DNA from: Candidatus Micrarchaeota archaeon
GTDB lineage: Archaea > Micrarchaeota > Micrarchaeia > Norongarragalinales > Norongarragalinaceae
DNA length: 37,316 bases
Assembly (NCBI GenBank): GCA_018304285.1
Contig: JAGVWL010000002.1
Coordinates: forward strand, 1-37,316
Direction of reading: 5' to 3'
Shown here: piece after piece, positions 26,142-35,065 of the stretch
Numbering within the stretch: the first letter of the stretch is position 1
How the letters are laid out: every line of letters begins with the position of its first letter
The notes under the pieces: model-generated
Told to the model about the DNA's origin: nothing
What the model saw: only the letters and a program-made list of their open reading frames with translations
Databases searched by the model: none
Translations under genes and position numbers: made by a program

Positions 26142-26984
26142 TCACCCTAGCGGGTACGTTTCTATCAATGCGCCTACGGCCAGGAAAACGATTGCCCACG
26201 CCAATAGCTTTGTAATGTCGTAAACGATTATCGGGAACGACGGGGTTTTGAAGTCGCCGCGGATTATTGCCGCACTGAGAATGCCGCCCGCAAGCGCCGC
26301 AGCCAAATAAGAGAGAAGTTCGAAAACGCCGTGGGGCAGTATTCCCAAAAGCCCCACTCCCACGCCGGTAACTTGGCTCAAGGCTCCCCCTGCAGTGCTT
26401 CCCGCACTTAAGATGTACATCTTGCTGAATTCTCCCAGGAAAACGCCTATCACTGACGCGTTCCAAATGAGGATGAAGACTGCGCCTGCGCCATACACTA
26501 TGGAAAACACTACCACGAAAAACAAGACTTGCAAGTTGTGCGTGAAAATGGTTTCGAACGCGTCTGCAGTGCTTATTGCCTGCCCGAGTATGATGCCTTG
26601 GATGCTTTTCAGCTCCTGCTTTTGCGTCTGGAACAGCTGCGCGCTGTTGGACGGCGGGAGGAACAGGTACCAGAACGTGAACGCCAGCACCATGCCGAGG
26701 AAGAACGCGGCGAGAGTGCGGAACGCCGTGTAATGGCGTGCAAGCACGCTGCTTCCAAACACCTTGCCCTTCTTTTCCTCTATTTCCACTTCGCACTGGA
26801 AGACTTTGAGGATGAACGGGATTGCGGGAAGGCCTATGAGGAAAAGGAATGCTGTGGGCGCCTGGGAAAGCCCTATCATGTGCACTCCCGCGACGGCTAT
26901 GGAAACGAATATTACCGATTGGACGAAAATTTCCAGGGTGGTGGGTAAAACGCATTTTTGCTCGAACCAAAACTCCAAAACCAT
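26142..26984 (-). CDS. SpoIIM/DUF95-family integral membrane protein
   Basis: 280 aa and polytopic. FTHNLQVLFFVVVFSIVYGAGAVFILIWNASVIG and ILPHGVFELLSYL match the conserved stage II sporulation protein M-like blocks. Confidence 0.65.
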   Translation of the reverse strand: MVLEFWFEQKCVLPTTLEIFVQSVIFVSIAVAGVHMIGLSQAPTAFLFLIGLPAIPFILKVFQCEVEIEEKKGKVFGSSVLARHYTAFRTLAAFFLGMVLAFTFWYLFLPPSNSAQLFQTQKQELKSIQGIILGQAISTADAFETIFTHNLQVLFFVVVFSIVYGAGAVFILIWNASVIGVFLGEFSKMYILSAGSTAGGALSQVTGVGVGLLGILPHGVFELLSYLAAALAGGILSAAIIRGDFKTPSFPIIVYDITKLLAWAIVFLAVGALIETYPLG

Positions 26985-27155
26985 TTCCGGCCGTTTCCCC
27001 CCGAATGCTTTTCGGCGATTTGCTTTCTAAATAGGCTTTAGAAACAAAGGTTATTAAATGGAAACAATTCAATTTTCTTTCTCCTCCTTTAGCCGGGTTT
27101 TTATTCGCCGGGAGGATAGTATACTGTGCAAGCGCCGGGTTTTTTTTGAAGCGTT

Positions 27156-27500
27156 TTGGTGTATTGCTTAGGGTGGTTTTTCTTGAGTGAAGATGCGGCT
27201 GCGAGGGAAGCTTACTTGCGCGGCAGGCTGGAAGGGCTGAAGCAGCTCGTCGGCGTTTTGGACGAGGCGCTTGACCAGGGCGGCGGCGAGGCAATAGAAA
27301 AAAAGCTGGTCTCGCACGTTTCGGCCGAGATCGAGGAATTGATTTCAGAGCTCAAGGAAGGAATGCCCGAGCGGAAAATGCGGGAGTTCGAGGAAAAGCA
27401 CGAGGAGCTCAAGCAGGTCGCGGAAGAACAGCCGTTGAGCAAGACGCACGTGAAAAAGGCGGACGAGCTCATGCAAAGCCTTCTCGACATGCAAAAGTAA
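27156..27500 (+). CDS. small helical/coiled-coil protein, function unknown
   Basis: It has no ATG start; candidates are TTG 27156, GTG 27159 or TTG 27183 (GGGTGG lies 7 nt upstream of the last). Composition is charged and helical (EIEELISELKEGMPERKMREFEEKHEELK). Coding status is plausible but not certain. Confidence 0.4.
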   Translation: MVYCLGWFFLSEDAAAREAYLRGRLEGLKQLVGVLDEALDQGGGEAIEKKLVSHVSAEIEELISELKEGMPERKMREFEEKHEELKQVAEEQPLSKTHVKKADELMQSLLDMQK

Positions 27501-27551
27501 TTTTGGGTTTTTAGTTTTCAATTTGAGAATTTGAAAAAGTTTTGAAAAAGG

Positions 27552-28112
27552 ATGTTGGGCGATTTACCGTTGGCTGAATTGATTTTTCCGGGCAAGGAGA
27601 TTGCTGTCACTGAAGAAGCGCAGCCTTCGCGCGGAACCGTGGAAGAAAACGGCATGGTGTACGCGGCGGTCGTCGGCGAGCCCAAGCTTTACGGCGGCAT
27701 GGCGTCCATCGCGAACGCGAAAATGCCGCGCTTGCTTGCGAAAGGCGATTTGATTGTCGGGAAAATCGAGGATTTGTTCGACAACGTTGCGCTGGTAAGC
27801 TTCCAGCCTTTGGAGAAGAACATCGCTTCGCCGGCCGACCGGGCGTTCCTGCGCATTACCGAAATCAAGGGCAGGGCAGGCGGCTTCGTGGAGAATTTCA
27901 ACGAGTTCGTGCGCATCGGCGATTTGATCCGCGCGCGTGTGATTGAAGTCACCGACTTGGGCGTTTACCTTACTCTTACCGAGAGCGGCTTGGGCGTGCT
28001 GAAGGCGTTCTGCACGACTTGCAGGCTGGAGTTGAACGAAAATTTGGAGTGCAAGCATTGCATGCACAAGGAAAGGAGGAAGATGGCATATGAGCGAAAA
28101 GAAAGAGAATGA
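27552..28112 (+). CDS. csl4: exosome complex RNA-binding subunit Csl4
   Basis: 186 aa. It has an N-terminal domain, an S1-like barrel (GDLIVGKIEDLFDNVALVSF...IGDLIRARVIEV) and a C-terminal zinc ribbon (CTTC...CKHC). It lies next to rpoL, a gene pairing I recall from other archaeal genomes (from memory, not checked here). Confidence 0.8.
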   Translation: MLGDLPLAELIFPGKEIAVTEEAQPSRGTVEENGMVYAAVVGEPKLYGGMASIANAKMPRLLAKGDLIVGKIEDLFDNVALVSFQPLEKNIASPADRAFLRITEIKGRAGGFVENFNEFVRIGDLIRARVIEVTDLGVYLTLTESGLGVLKAFCTTCRLELNENLECKHCMHKERRKMAYERKERE

Positions 28113-28380
28113 CGTTCCTAAAGAAGGGCTTGAGTTCCTGACCGACGAGAAAGGCGAGATAGCTGTCATGCTGGAAGGCTACGACCTGGGATTCGCCAAC
28201 CTGCTCGTGGAAAAACTTTTGCAGGACAAGGACGTGGGCTTCGCCGCCGTAGAATACGCGCATCCCACGCGCCGCACTCCCGTCCTTCGCGTGAAGGCGA
28301 AAAGCCCCAAGAAGGCCGTTGTAGCCGCGCTCGAGGAATTGGGAAAAGAACTTTCCTCCCTAAAACTCTCAAAACGCTGA
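28090..28380 (+). CDS. rpoL: DNA-directed RNA polymerase subunit L (Rpo11)
   Basis: 96 aa. EGYDLGFANLLVEKLLQDKDVGFAAVEYAHPTRRTPVLRVKAK matches the RpoL/Rpb11 dimerisation motif. It overlaps the csl4 end by 23 nt. Confidence 0.85.
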   Translation: MSEKKENDVPKEGLEFLTDEKGEIAVMLEGYDLGFANLLVEKLLQDKDVGFAAVEYAHPTRRTPVLRVKAKSPKKAVVAALEELGKELSSLKLSKR

Positions 28381-28387
28381 TTGCAAA

Positions 28388-29161
28388 ATGAGCGGAAACC
28401 GCAGGCAGCGAAATTTCCTTTCCACGCCAGCCTCGCTGTCGCACATACTGCTGGCTTTGCTTGCGTTGTGCATAGGCGGGTACGTGCTGACGCAAAACGT
28501 GTTGTTCGCTTTTGCGTCGTTCGCGCTGATCATCGCCTTGTTTTTCTCGGACTTTTCGCTAAAGCAAGGGCTGAGGCAGAACTTTCTCGAGCTGGCGTAC
28601 GCAATCGGCTTTGCCGTCGCAGCGTGGTTTCTGCTGGGTTTTGTTTTGCATACGGATTCGCCCATCAACGTTGTTACGTCGTGTTCGATGCTTCCCAACC
28701 TGCAGCGCGGGGATTTGGTTTTCATCCGCGGGGGAGTGGAAAACGCACCTGCCGTGCAGGCTTCGACCGCAGATTTGGCCGGCGTGAAAGTGCGAAAGGC
28801 GGTTTGCTATTTGAATTCCGTTCCCGTGCCTTGCACCGACCAGGTTTTGGTTTCCAACGAGAGCGTCGACTATGATTTGAATAATGACATCATCGTTTTC
28901 GACCCCAAGCCCACGGGACCGGGCTTGCTCATCCACCGGGTTTTCGCGAAAATCGTTACGGAACAAGGGGCTTTTTACTTGACCAAGGGCGACAACAATG
29001 CCGTGCTCGACCAGGAGACCGGGCGTTTCGCCTTTGTCGCGGAGAAAGACGTCAAGGGACGGGTGGCATTGCGCATTCCTTACGTCGGATACTTGAAGTT
29101 ATTCCTGTTCCTGCAATTCGAAGTGCCGCAGGGCTGCGACTCTGTTTTGACGAGGCCGTGA
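28388..29161 (+). CDS. signal peptidase I, Sec11/archaeal type (S26B), with extended multi-TM N-terminus
   Basis: 257 aa. The catalytic Ser box is TSCSMLPNLQRGD, the His box is LLIHRV, and TKGDNN is conserved. About 100 aa of hydrophobic segments precede the catalytic domain. Confidence 0.8.
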   Translation: MSGNRRQRNFLSTPASLSHILLALLALCIGGYVLTQNVLFAFASFALIIALFFSDFSLKQGLRQNFLELAYAIGFAVAAWFLLGFVLHTDSPINVVTSCSMLPNLQRGDLVFIRGGVENAPAVQASTADLAGVKVRKAVCYLNSVPVPCTDQVLVSNESVDYDLNNDIIVFDPKPTGPGLLIHRVFAKIVTEQGAFYLTKGDNNAVLDQETGRFAFVAEKDVKGRVALRIPYVGYLKLFLFLQFEVPQGCDSVLTRP

Positions 29162-29250
29162 GCGCTTCGCGGGAAAAGTGGAAGAAAAAGTATTTTTAAG
29201 TCTTTCCTACGCTAGTTATACGCTTTGTTTTTTCTTTTCCGCAGGGAGGG

Positions 29251-30003
29251 ATGGTGGCACGCATGGAATTAGTGATTTCCGACGCTTCTTTCTTCAAAAA
29301 ATGCATTGATGCGATAGTCAACCTCGTGGACGAAGGCACTTTCATCGTTTCTTCCGACGGATTGCACCTGCGCACCATGGACCCGTCGCAAATCGCCATG
29401 GTCGATTTCACTTTGCCGAAAACGGCTTTCTCGAAAATCGACGTCGAGGAGAAAATGAACGTGGGCGTCAACCTTTCTGACTTGAGCAAAATCCTCGCCC
29501 GCACGCGCGCAGGCGAAAAGCTGACGATGAGCGTGGACGAGAAGGATTCGAAGCTGCTTCTGGAATTCTCGGGAGGCTCGCGCAGGCACTTCAAACTCCC
29601 GTTGCTTGAATCCACTTCCATTCTTCCAAAAGAGCCGAAGGTGGAGTTCGACGCGAACGTGAAAATCAAGGGAAGGCACTTCAAGGACATCCTGCACGAC
29701 GCAGGGCTTTTGTCCAGCCACGTGATACTTCAGGCGGAAGATTCGGAGTTCGTCGTGGAAGCTCACGGCGACAGCGGAGATTTGCACATTCAGACTAAGA
29801 AGGAAGGGCTTTCGGGAATGAACACCAAGGGGAAAAGCAGGGCAATGTTTCCCTTCCAGTATTTGGACGACATCACGCGCGCCTGTCCAGACGAGGTCGA
29901 CGTTAACGTTGACATGAAGAGCGACTCTCCCATAAAGATTTCCTACGACATCAGCGACGCGAAAATCTCCTACTACCTGGCGCCCCGCGTGGAAAGCATT
30001 TAA
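29251..30003 (+). CDS. pcn: DNA polymerase sliding clamp PCNA
   Basis: 250 aa. FFKKCIDAIVNLVDEGTFIVSSDGLHLRTMDPSQIAMVDFTL and a two-domain repeat pattern are typical of archaeal PCNA. The second ATG at 29263 has better spacing to the GGGAGGG motif, so the true start may be there. Confidence 0.9.
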   Translation: MVARMELVISDASFFKKCIDAIVNLVDEGTFIVSSDGLHLRTMDPSQIAMVDFTLPKTAFSKIDVEEKMNVGVNLSDLSKILARTRAGEKLTMSVDEKDSKLLLEFSGGSRRHFKLPLLESTSILPKEPKVEFDANVKIKGRHFKDILHDAGLLSSHVILQAEDSEFVVEAHGDSGDLHIQTKKEGLSGMNTKGKSRAMFPFQYLDDITRACPDEVDVNVDMKSDSPIKISYDISDAKISYYLAPRVESI

Positions 30004-30054
30004 GCCGTTTTTTCCAGCGGCGCTTTTTTATTCTAGCTTTACCCGCTTTTATTC

Positions 30055-31161
30055 ATGCCGAACAGTGCCGAACTCAATTATTACCTGAAAAGAATAAATG
30101 GTGCTTATTTTGAGCACTTTGACCGGCCTATGACTGGAAAGTCTGCACGGCGGGCCAGGCGATTTTTGATGAATGCCTTCAGGTTTGCAGCGCCCCACAT
30201 GACCGGCACGCGGAAAGACGGTTCTTCAGAGTTTTCGCATTGCGCGGGCGTTGCCTTGCTTGCGGCGCAGGCTGGCCACCGTATTGAGACTATAGCGGCA
30301 GGCTTGTTTCACGAACTTTGCGAAGACCACGATGTCATGGTTTCAAAGATTGGCGACAAGTTCGGCGAGAGCGTCGCGGAGTCCGTGGACATGCTGTCCG
30401 ACCCCCGCTTGCGCGTGGATGCCAGCGGCGAGCCGATTTTGGATTCAAACAGAGATTTCCAGTGGGTTTGGGCCAAAGACCCTGCTTATTACGAGCTTCC
30501 CGCTACCCCCGCGAAATATTTCAGGGAAAAAAATAATACGAAGTACGACCGCATGTGGGCAGAAGGCAAGGTAATACACTGGCTCTTGAAGGGGTACGAC
30601 TGGGAAATGAATCTTCCGAGCCTTGCTCATCTAGCGCCCGACAGGCAGCACGAATATACGAAAGTTATTCGCGAGAGAATGCCGCCTATTTTTGCGCGAT
30701 TGGACCCTATTATGGTGGAGTACTATGCCAAACGCTGGTTTCCGGGAGAGAAAATCAAGCTGCCGGAGTTGCCGATGCCTAAAGAAAAAGTGTTGTTCTT
30801 CCTCCCGCGGCCCCAAGTAATCGCTTCAACCCTCCCGTCGGCGAAGGCGAAATCCATTAAGGTTTATTCGGGAATGGTTGGCCAGCCGCATGATAATTTC
30901 GTGGTAGAAATCCCGCCGAAGTACAGCTTTGAAGTTACTCAAGAACTGCTTGCCAAACTCAAGCCAGCGTCAATCCGGCGCGCGCGCTCCATGCTAGGGA
31001 AACCTGGGGCGCGCAGTGCCGGAAATATTTTTCGCGTAAAGCTTGAAGACGAGTCGAAATGGCGTGGTTTCATGACGAACCTGGAATTGTTTCATGACCT
31101 CTACATATCCCGGACGCCCCGCGAACACGCGTCTCGCGTTTCCCGCTCTTGGCGGTATTGA
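30055..31161 (+). CDS. RelA/SpoT-type HD-domain (HD_4-like) protein with ~230-aa C-terminal region of unknown function
   Basis: 368 aa. Residues ~40-115 (AFRFAAPHMTGTRKDGSSEFSHCAGVALLAAQAGHRIETIAAGLFHELCEDHDVMVSKIGDKFGESVAESVDMLSD) align by eye with the (p)ppGpp-hydrolase HD domain consensus (A..fA..H.gQ.Rk...PY..H...VA.iL.....D...i.AaLLHDvvEDt....i...FG..Va.lV..vT). HE stands in place of the HD dyad. A TATA-like T-rich box lies about 26 nt upstream. Confidence 0.55.
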   Translation: MPNSAELNYYLKRINGAYFEHFDRPMTGKSARRARRFLMNAFRFAAPHMTGTRKDGSSEFSHCAGVALLAAQAGHRIETIAAGLFHELCEDHDVMVSKIGDKFGESVAESVDMLSDPRLRVDASGEPILDSNRDFQWVWAKDPAYYELPATPAKYFREKNNTKYDRMWAEGKVIHWLLKGYDWEMNLPSLAHLAPDRQHEYTKVIRERMPPIFARLDPIMVEYYAKRWFPGEKIKLPELPMPKEKVLFFLPRPQVIASTLPSAKAKSIKVYSGMVGQPHDNFVVEIPPKYSFEVTQELLAKLKPASIRRARSMLGKPGARSAGNIFRVKLEDESKWRGFMTNLELFHDLYISRTPREHASRVSRSWRY

Positions 31162-31210
31162 AACAATCATTAAATATGCGTTTTCTCGATAGTCTTTCCG
31201 GTGGGTTTCG

Positions 31211-32056
31211 GTGGAGCAAAAGCTTATTGCAAAGTATCCGTTTTTGTCTTTCTCGAAGGATTTCGTGGGCGAAGGAGTTTCGGAGACGGACTTGAAGGAC
31301 GCGATAACGTTTGCAAGCGAGTGCTTCCAGCACGACGAGCACATTGCGCGCGACGCGGCACGCGAGTCGAAAAACCTTTTGCTCTCCCGCCTCATGCTTT
31401 ATTCGATGAGCGCGAATTTCCTGCGCAAATTCGCCTTTTTCAAAGCCCGCGAGTACGCGAGGGGGTTGGAAAAGGAAAACGAAAAGGTTTTGTTTGAAGT
31501 TGCAAAGGATTTCTTCCCTTCGCTGGAGAATGCGGATGGAGGATTCAAGGTTTCGCTCATTGATTACCTGCAGTACGGCCGGAGCCTGCCGCAGGCGAAC
31601 GTTTCGAAAGGAATGGTTTTTTTCATCGGCGACGATTTGCGCGCTTGCCTGCGCGAAGCAATCCAAGAGCGCATTTCCGATTCGGAAAAGCTTTCGGCAA
31701 AGCTGCCGGAAAACATTGCCGCCGCGGCGCTGCGGTTGAAGGAATTCATCCCCCGCGATTTCACCCCCCAGTTCAAGGGAAAGCTCTTGCAGCGAAGCGA
31801 ACTGCAGAATATCCTGAAAGGCGTGGGCGAAGGCAAGCGCTATTACGGCTCGATGGCCCTTGCAATCGCATGCGTGAAAGACGGGCTTACGCGCGAGGAA
31901 GCGGGCGACGTGATGAATTCTTACGTGACGAATTGCCCGAAAGGCGCGCATCCGTTCACCCCGCGCGAGGGGGAGGCGGTTTTGGATTGGGTTTACGCCC
32001 ACCCCACGATCGGGTTTTCCTTCAACGTTTTGAAGTCGCAGGGGCTTGTAGATTGA
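31211..32056 (+). CDS. priL: DNA primase large (regulatory) subunit PriL, short form
   Basis: 281 aa with a GTG start. It sits directly upstream of priS. It has an N-terminal YPFL motif, a helical N-domain and a C-terminal helical region (GKRYYGSMALAIACVKDGLTREEAGDVM) resembling the PriL C-terminal domain. Confidence 0.65.
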   Translation: MEQKLIAKYPFLSFSKDFVGEGVSETDLKDAITFASECFQHDEHIARDAARESKNLLLSRLMLYSMSANFLRKFAFFKAREYARGLEKENEKVLFEVAKDFFPSLENADGGFKVSLIDYLQYGRSLPQANVSKGMVFFIGDDLRACLREAIQERISDSEKLSAKLPENIAAAALRLKEFIPRDFTPQFKGKLLQRSELQNILKGVGEGKRYYGSMALAIACVKDGLTREEAGDVMNSYVTNCPKGAHPFTPREGEAVLDWVYAHPTIGFSFNVLKSQGLVD

Positions 32057-32060
32057 ATCG

Positions 32061-33194
32061 GTGTTGGCAGTGGAACATGCTGAATCTCTGGCTTTCGTGC
32101 AGGAAAAGTTCTCCGTTTTCTACGCAAACCACGATTTGAGCGTTCCAGACGTGCATAGGCGCGAGTTCGGCTTTGGCTTGCACAAGAAAATCGACTTCCG
32201 CCACAAGGCGTTCCGCACCAACGCAGAGCTGAACGCCTACTTCCGCCAGAACGCGCCCTTGTTCGCTTCATATTCGACCGCGTTGTACGAGTTTCCCGAC
32301 GCGCGGCCCATGGAAAAGAAAGTTTTCATGGGAAGCGACTTGGTTTTCGATATTGACAAGCCCACGCGCGATTTCGCCCACGAGCACAACGAAATTTTTT
32401 GCGTCGAATGCTTCGGGCGCGTGAAGAAAGATTCGATGAAGATAGTGGATTACTTGCAGGACGACTTCGGGTTCAAGGGCGTGGCAGTCAACTTTTCCGG
32501 AAACAAAGGATTCCACTTCCACTTGCGCTCGCAGGAAATAAGGGGCTTGTCGCAAGACTCGCGCAGGCAGCTTACCGAGTATTTGACGGGGCCCGAAAGC
32601 ATTTTCATCGCAGGCGAGGAGAAGGGGCGGGATACGGATTTGCGCGGGCCTTCGGAAAAAACGCGCGGCTGGGGCAAAAAGTTTTTCGATTACGCCTTCG
32701 CGTTCATAGAATTGGCTTCGGTCGGGGAGCTGAAGGAAAAGGGCTTGCGCGGGCGGAATGCGGAAGAGTTTTTCCTGCGCAAGAAGGGCGTTTTGGAGCT
32801 GATGCGGGAGGGAAAGTGGCGTTTCGCGCCGAAGAAGTTTTGGGACGCGATTTACGCGGAATTCAAGAACGAGAACGGCGTGGGCGTCGACGCGCACGTT
32901 ACGCTGGATTTGGCGCGGTTGATCCGCATTCCGGGTTCGCTGCACGGGGAGACGGGGTTGGCGGCGAGGGTGGTGGAACCGGGTAGGCTTCCGGAATTCG
33001 CCCTGCGCGACGCGGTGGTTTTTTCAGCCGGCGAAAAGACTATTAACGTACTTCCGCAAATCGATATAGCGCTTGACTTTCCCGAGCGGCTGTTTTTGAA
33101 GAAAAACGAGCCTTGCGAGGTTTCCCTCGCTTCGGGATTGTTTTTGATGTGCAAGGGCAAGGCGACGCTCTTGCTTCGCGAGAAAAACTGGTGA
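32061..33194 (+). CDS. priS: DNA primase small (catalytic) subunit PriS
   Basis: 377 aa with a GTG start. It has the catalytic DxD (LVFDIDKP), SGNKGFHFHL, the Zn knuckle region CVEC, and VTLDLARLIRIPGSLHGETG. Confidence 0.9.
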   Translation: MLAVEHAESLAFVQEKFSVFYANHDLSVPDVHRREFGFGLHKKIDFRHKAFRTNAELNAYFRQNAPLFASYSTALYEFPDARPMEKKVFMGSDLVFDIDKPTRDFAHEHNEIFCVECFGRVKKDSMKIVDYLQDDFGFKGVAVNFSGNKGFHFHLRSQEIRGLSQDSRRQLTEYLTGPESIFIAGEEKGRDTDLRGPSEKTRGWGKKFFDYAFAFIELASVGELKEKGLRGRNAEEFFLRKKGVLELMREGKWRFAPKKFWDAIYAEFKNENGVGVDAHVTLDLARLIRIPGSLHGETGLAARVVEPGRLPEFALRDAVVFSAGEKTINVLPQIDIALDFPERLFLKKNEPCEVSLASGLFLMCKGKATLLLREKNW

Positions 33195-33730
33195 AGGGTG
33201 GATTAGCTGTGGAGGTTGTGGAAGCGAATTACGTGAATTACGACTTCCTGCGCAATCTCCTATCCCTCGAGCGTTCGCAAAGCGGCCTAGAGCTGGTGAA
33301 GGAAGATTTCTTCCTGCACTGCGGCTCGTTCGTCGCCATTCAGGAAGGTGTTTTGAAGGAAAGCTTTTCGCTCGAACAGGCGAGGGTTCTGGAAAACTCG
33401 CGCAAAATCATGGGCGAGCTGAAGGATGTGCGGCTGCGCAAGATTTTGTTCAAGGCGTTCAGGGATTTGGAAGCCAACGCCGTAAATTCGTCCGGCCTCG
33501 CAAAGGAAGAAAAGGAATTCTACCGCTCGGTGCTTTCATTGCTGAGCCAGTACAAGCAAAAAGGTTCGCCGGCGGAAGAGAAAGTGAAAGTCAAGATTCT
33601 CGTGGACTTGCCTGAAATGCAGTCGCCCGACGGCGGCGCTTTCGGCCCGTTCCAGCGCGGCGCTGTTGCCGCGCTTTCCCCCGCGACTGCGGATTTGCTT
33701 GCACAGAAAAACGCGGCGGAAAAAATTTGA
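33191..33730 (+). CDS. gins51: GINS complex subunit, Gins51/Gins15 type (A-domain then B-domain)
   Basis: 179 aa from a GTG in a GTGA overlap with the priS stop. The N-terminal helical part is NYDFLRNLLSLERSQSGLELVKEDFF...RLRKILFKAF, then EEKEFYRSVL, then the C-terminal beta domain VKVKILVDLPEMQSPDGGAFGPFQRGAVAALSPATADLLAQKNAAEKI. Confidence 0.7.
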   Translation: MKGGLAVEVVEANYVNYDFLRNLLSLERSQSGLELVKEDFFLHCGSFVAIQEGVLKESFSLEQARVLENSRKIMGELKDVRLRKILFKAFRDLEANAVNSSGLAKEEKEFYRSVLSLLSQYKQKGSPAEEKVKVKILVDLPEMQSPDGGAFGPFQRGAVAALSPATADLLAQKNAAEKI

Positions 33731-33806
33731 TGTTGAAATCCGTTTTTAGGAAAAGCGGATGAAAAACGAAATTGAAAAAACATGCATGGAAAGGTGAGAA
33801 GAGAAA

Positions 33807-34094
33807 ATGATTGTTCCGAAAATTAAGAACGCGTACTGCCCGCACTGCAGGAAAAACACCTCGCATAAGGTCAAGGTTTCCACCAGCAAGTACAAGCCGG
33901 GCCGAACGATGGCGTGGGGCACGCGGAAGCACGAACGCAAGCTTGCGGGCTTTCACGGCAAAGTCAAGGGCAAGGCGAAAACCAAGAAGCAGGGCGTCCG
34001 CAACAAGATCATGCTTGAATGCACGGTTTGCAACAAGAAGCACGAGCGCGTGATAAGCGGGCGCATGAAGAAAAAAGCAGAGTTGGCAAAGTAA
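33807..34094 (+). CDS. rpl44e: 50S ribosomal protein L44e (eL42)
   Basis: 95 aa with a zinc ribbon: MIVPKIKNAYCPHCRKNTSHKV...GKVKGKAKTKKQG...LECTVCNKKH. AGGTGA lies about 10 nt upstream. Confidence 0.93.
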   Translation: MIVPKIKNAYCPHCRKNTSHKVKVSTSKYKPGRTMAWGTRKHERKLAGFHGKVKGKAKTKKQGVRNKIMLECTVCNKKHERVISGRMKKKAELAK

Positions 34095-34118
34095 TTTTGT
34101 GAAAAGGTGGTTTTGAAT

Positions 34119-34280
34119 ATGGGTTCTTTCTTGAATGTCAAGTGCGATTGCGGAGAGGAAAGCACGGTTTACGGCGATTCGAAGAGCGCAGTAAACTGCA
34201 AGAAATGCGGCAACGTTTTGGCGCAGCCGCGCGGCGGCCGGGCCAAGATTCACGCGCGCATACTCGAAGTCCTCCCCTGA
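34119..34280 (+). CDS. rps27e: 30S ribosomal protein S27e (eS27)
   Basis: 53 aa, below the ORF-track size cut-off and hand-translated: MGSFLNVKCDCGEESTVYGDSKSAVNCKKCGNVLAQPRGGRAKIHARILEVLP. It occupies the expected position between L44e and aIF2-alpha. Confidence 0.85.
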   Translation: MGSFLNVKCDCGEESTVYGDSKSAVNCKKCGNVLAQPRGGRAKIHARILEVLP

Positions 34281-34308
34281 GTTTTACGCTGGAGTTAGTG
34301 AAAGGAAA

Positions 34309-35058
34309 ATGATTTACCCGCAGCTGGACGAGTTCGTGATCGGAAAGGTAAAGAAAGTGCTGCCTTTCGGCGCGATCATCGGGCTAGAGGAGTACGGCGG
34401 GCTAGAGTCTTTCGTGCACATTTCCGAAGTTTCTTCCGGCTGGATCCGCAACATCCGCGAGCACCTGAAGGAAGGGCAAGTGATCGTGGGGAAAGTAGTC
34501 GCGCTCGACACTTCCAAAAACCAGGTAGACATTTCCATCAAGCGCATTTCAGAGGCGGAGAAAAAGCGCAAGCTGGAAGAGTGGCAGAATTCCAAGCGCG
34601 CGCAAAAGCTCCTGGAAATAACGCTTTCCAAATCCGGGAAAACGCTCAAGCAGGCCGAGGCGGAAGTCAAGGCGCTGGTGGACGAGTTCGGCTCGCTCTT
34701 CGACGTTTTTGATGCGCTGGCGAAGGGGACCGAAGTCCAGGCGAAAGTTTCGAAAACGCTGCTTTCTGCGCTGGAGGAAACTGCGAAGAAGGAAATCAAG
34801 CCCAAGCAGTTTTCAGTGCGCAGGATTTTGAAGCTCGCGTCTTACGCGCCGGACGGGGTAGAGCATGTGAAAAAGCTTCTTTCGGAAGTGCTGGAGTTCG
34901 GCGCGAAAGTGCATTACGTCGGCGCGCCCCGCTATTTCGTTGACATTACTTCCCTGGACCCGAAGACTGCGGAAAAGGCGATGCAGAAAATCGAGGCTTT
35001 CATAGAGAAAAGCGCGAAGGGCGCGGATATCGAGTGGAGTTTGGAAAAGGAAAAGTGA
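34309..35058 (+). CDS. eif2a: translation initiation factor 2 subunit alpha (aIF2-alpha)
   Basis: 249 aa. The S1 domain is YPQLDEFVIGKVKKVLPFGAIIGLEEYGGLESFVHISEVSSGWIRNIREHLKEGQ, followed by helical and alpha-beta domains. Confidence 0.92.
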   Translation: MIYPQLDEFVIGKVKKVLPFGAIIGLEEYGGLESFVHISEVSSGWIRNIREHLKEGQVIVGKVVALDTSKNQVDISIKRISEAEKKRKLEEWQNSKRAQKLLEITLSKSGKTLKQAEAEVKALVDEFGSLFDVFDALAKGTEVQAKVSKTLLSALEETAKKEIKPKQFSVRRILKLASYAPDGVEHVKKLLSEVLEFGAKVHYVGAPRYFVDITSLDPKTAEKAMQKIEAFIEKSAKGADIEWSLEKEK

Positions 35059-35065
35059 GTTTGCA

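Noticed and set aside
27092-27139. Three direct GCCGGG repeats, two followed by T-runs, in the spacer between the SpoIIM-like gene and the small helical protein gene.
   Set aside because: The repeats are too short and irregularly spaced to distinguish from chance. No dyad partner or conserved context is present.
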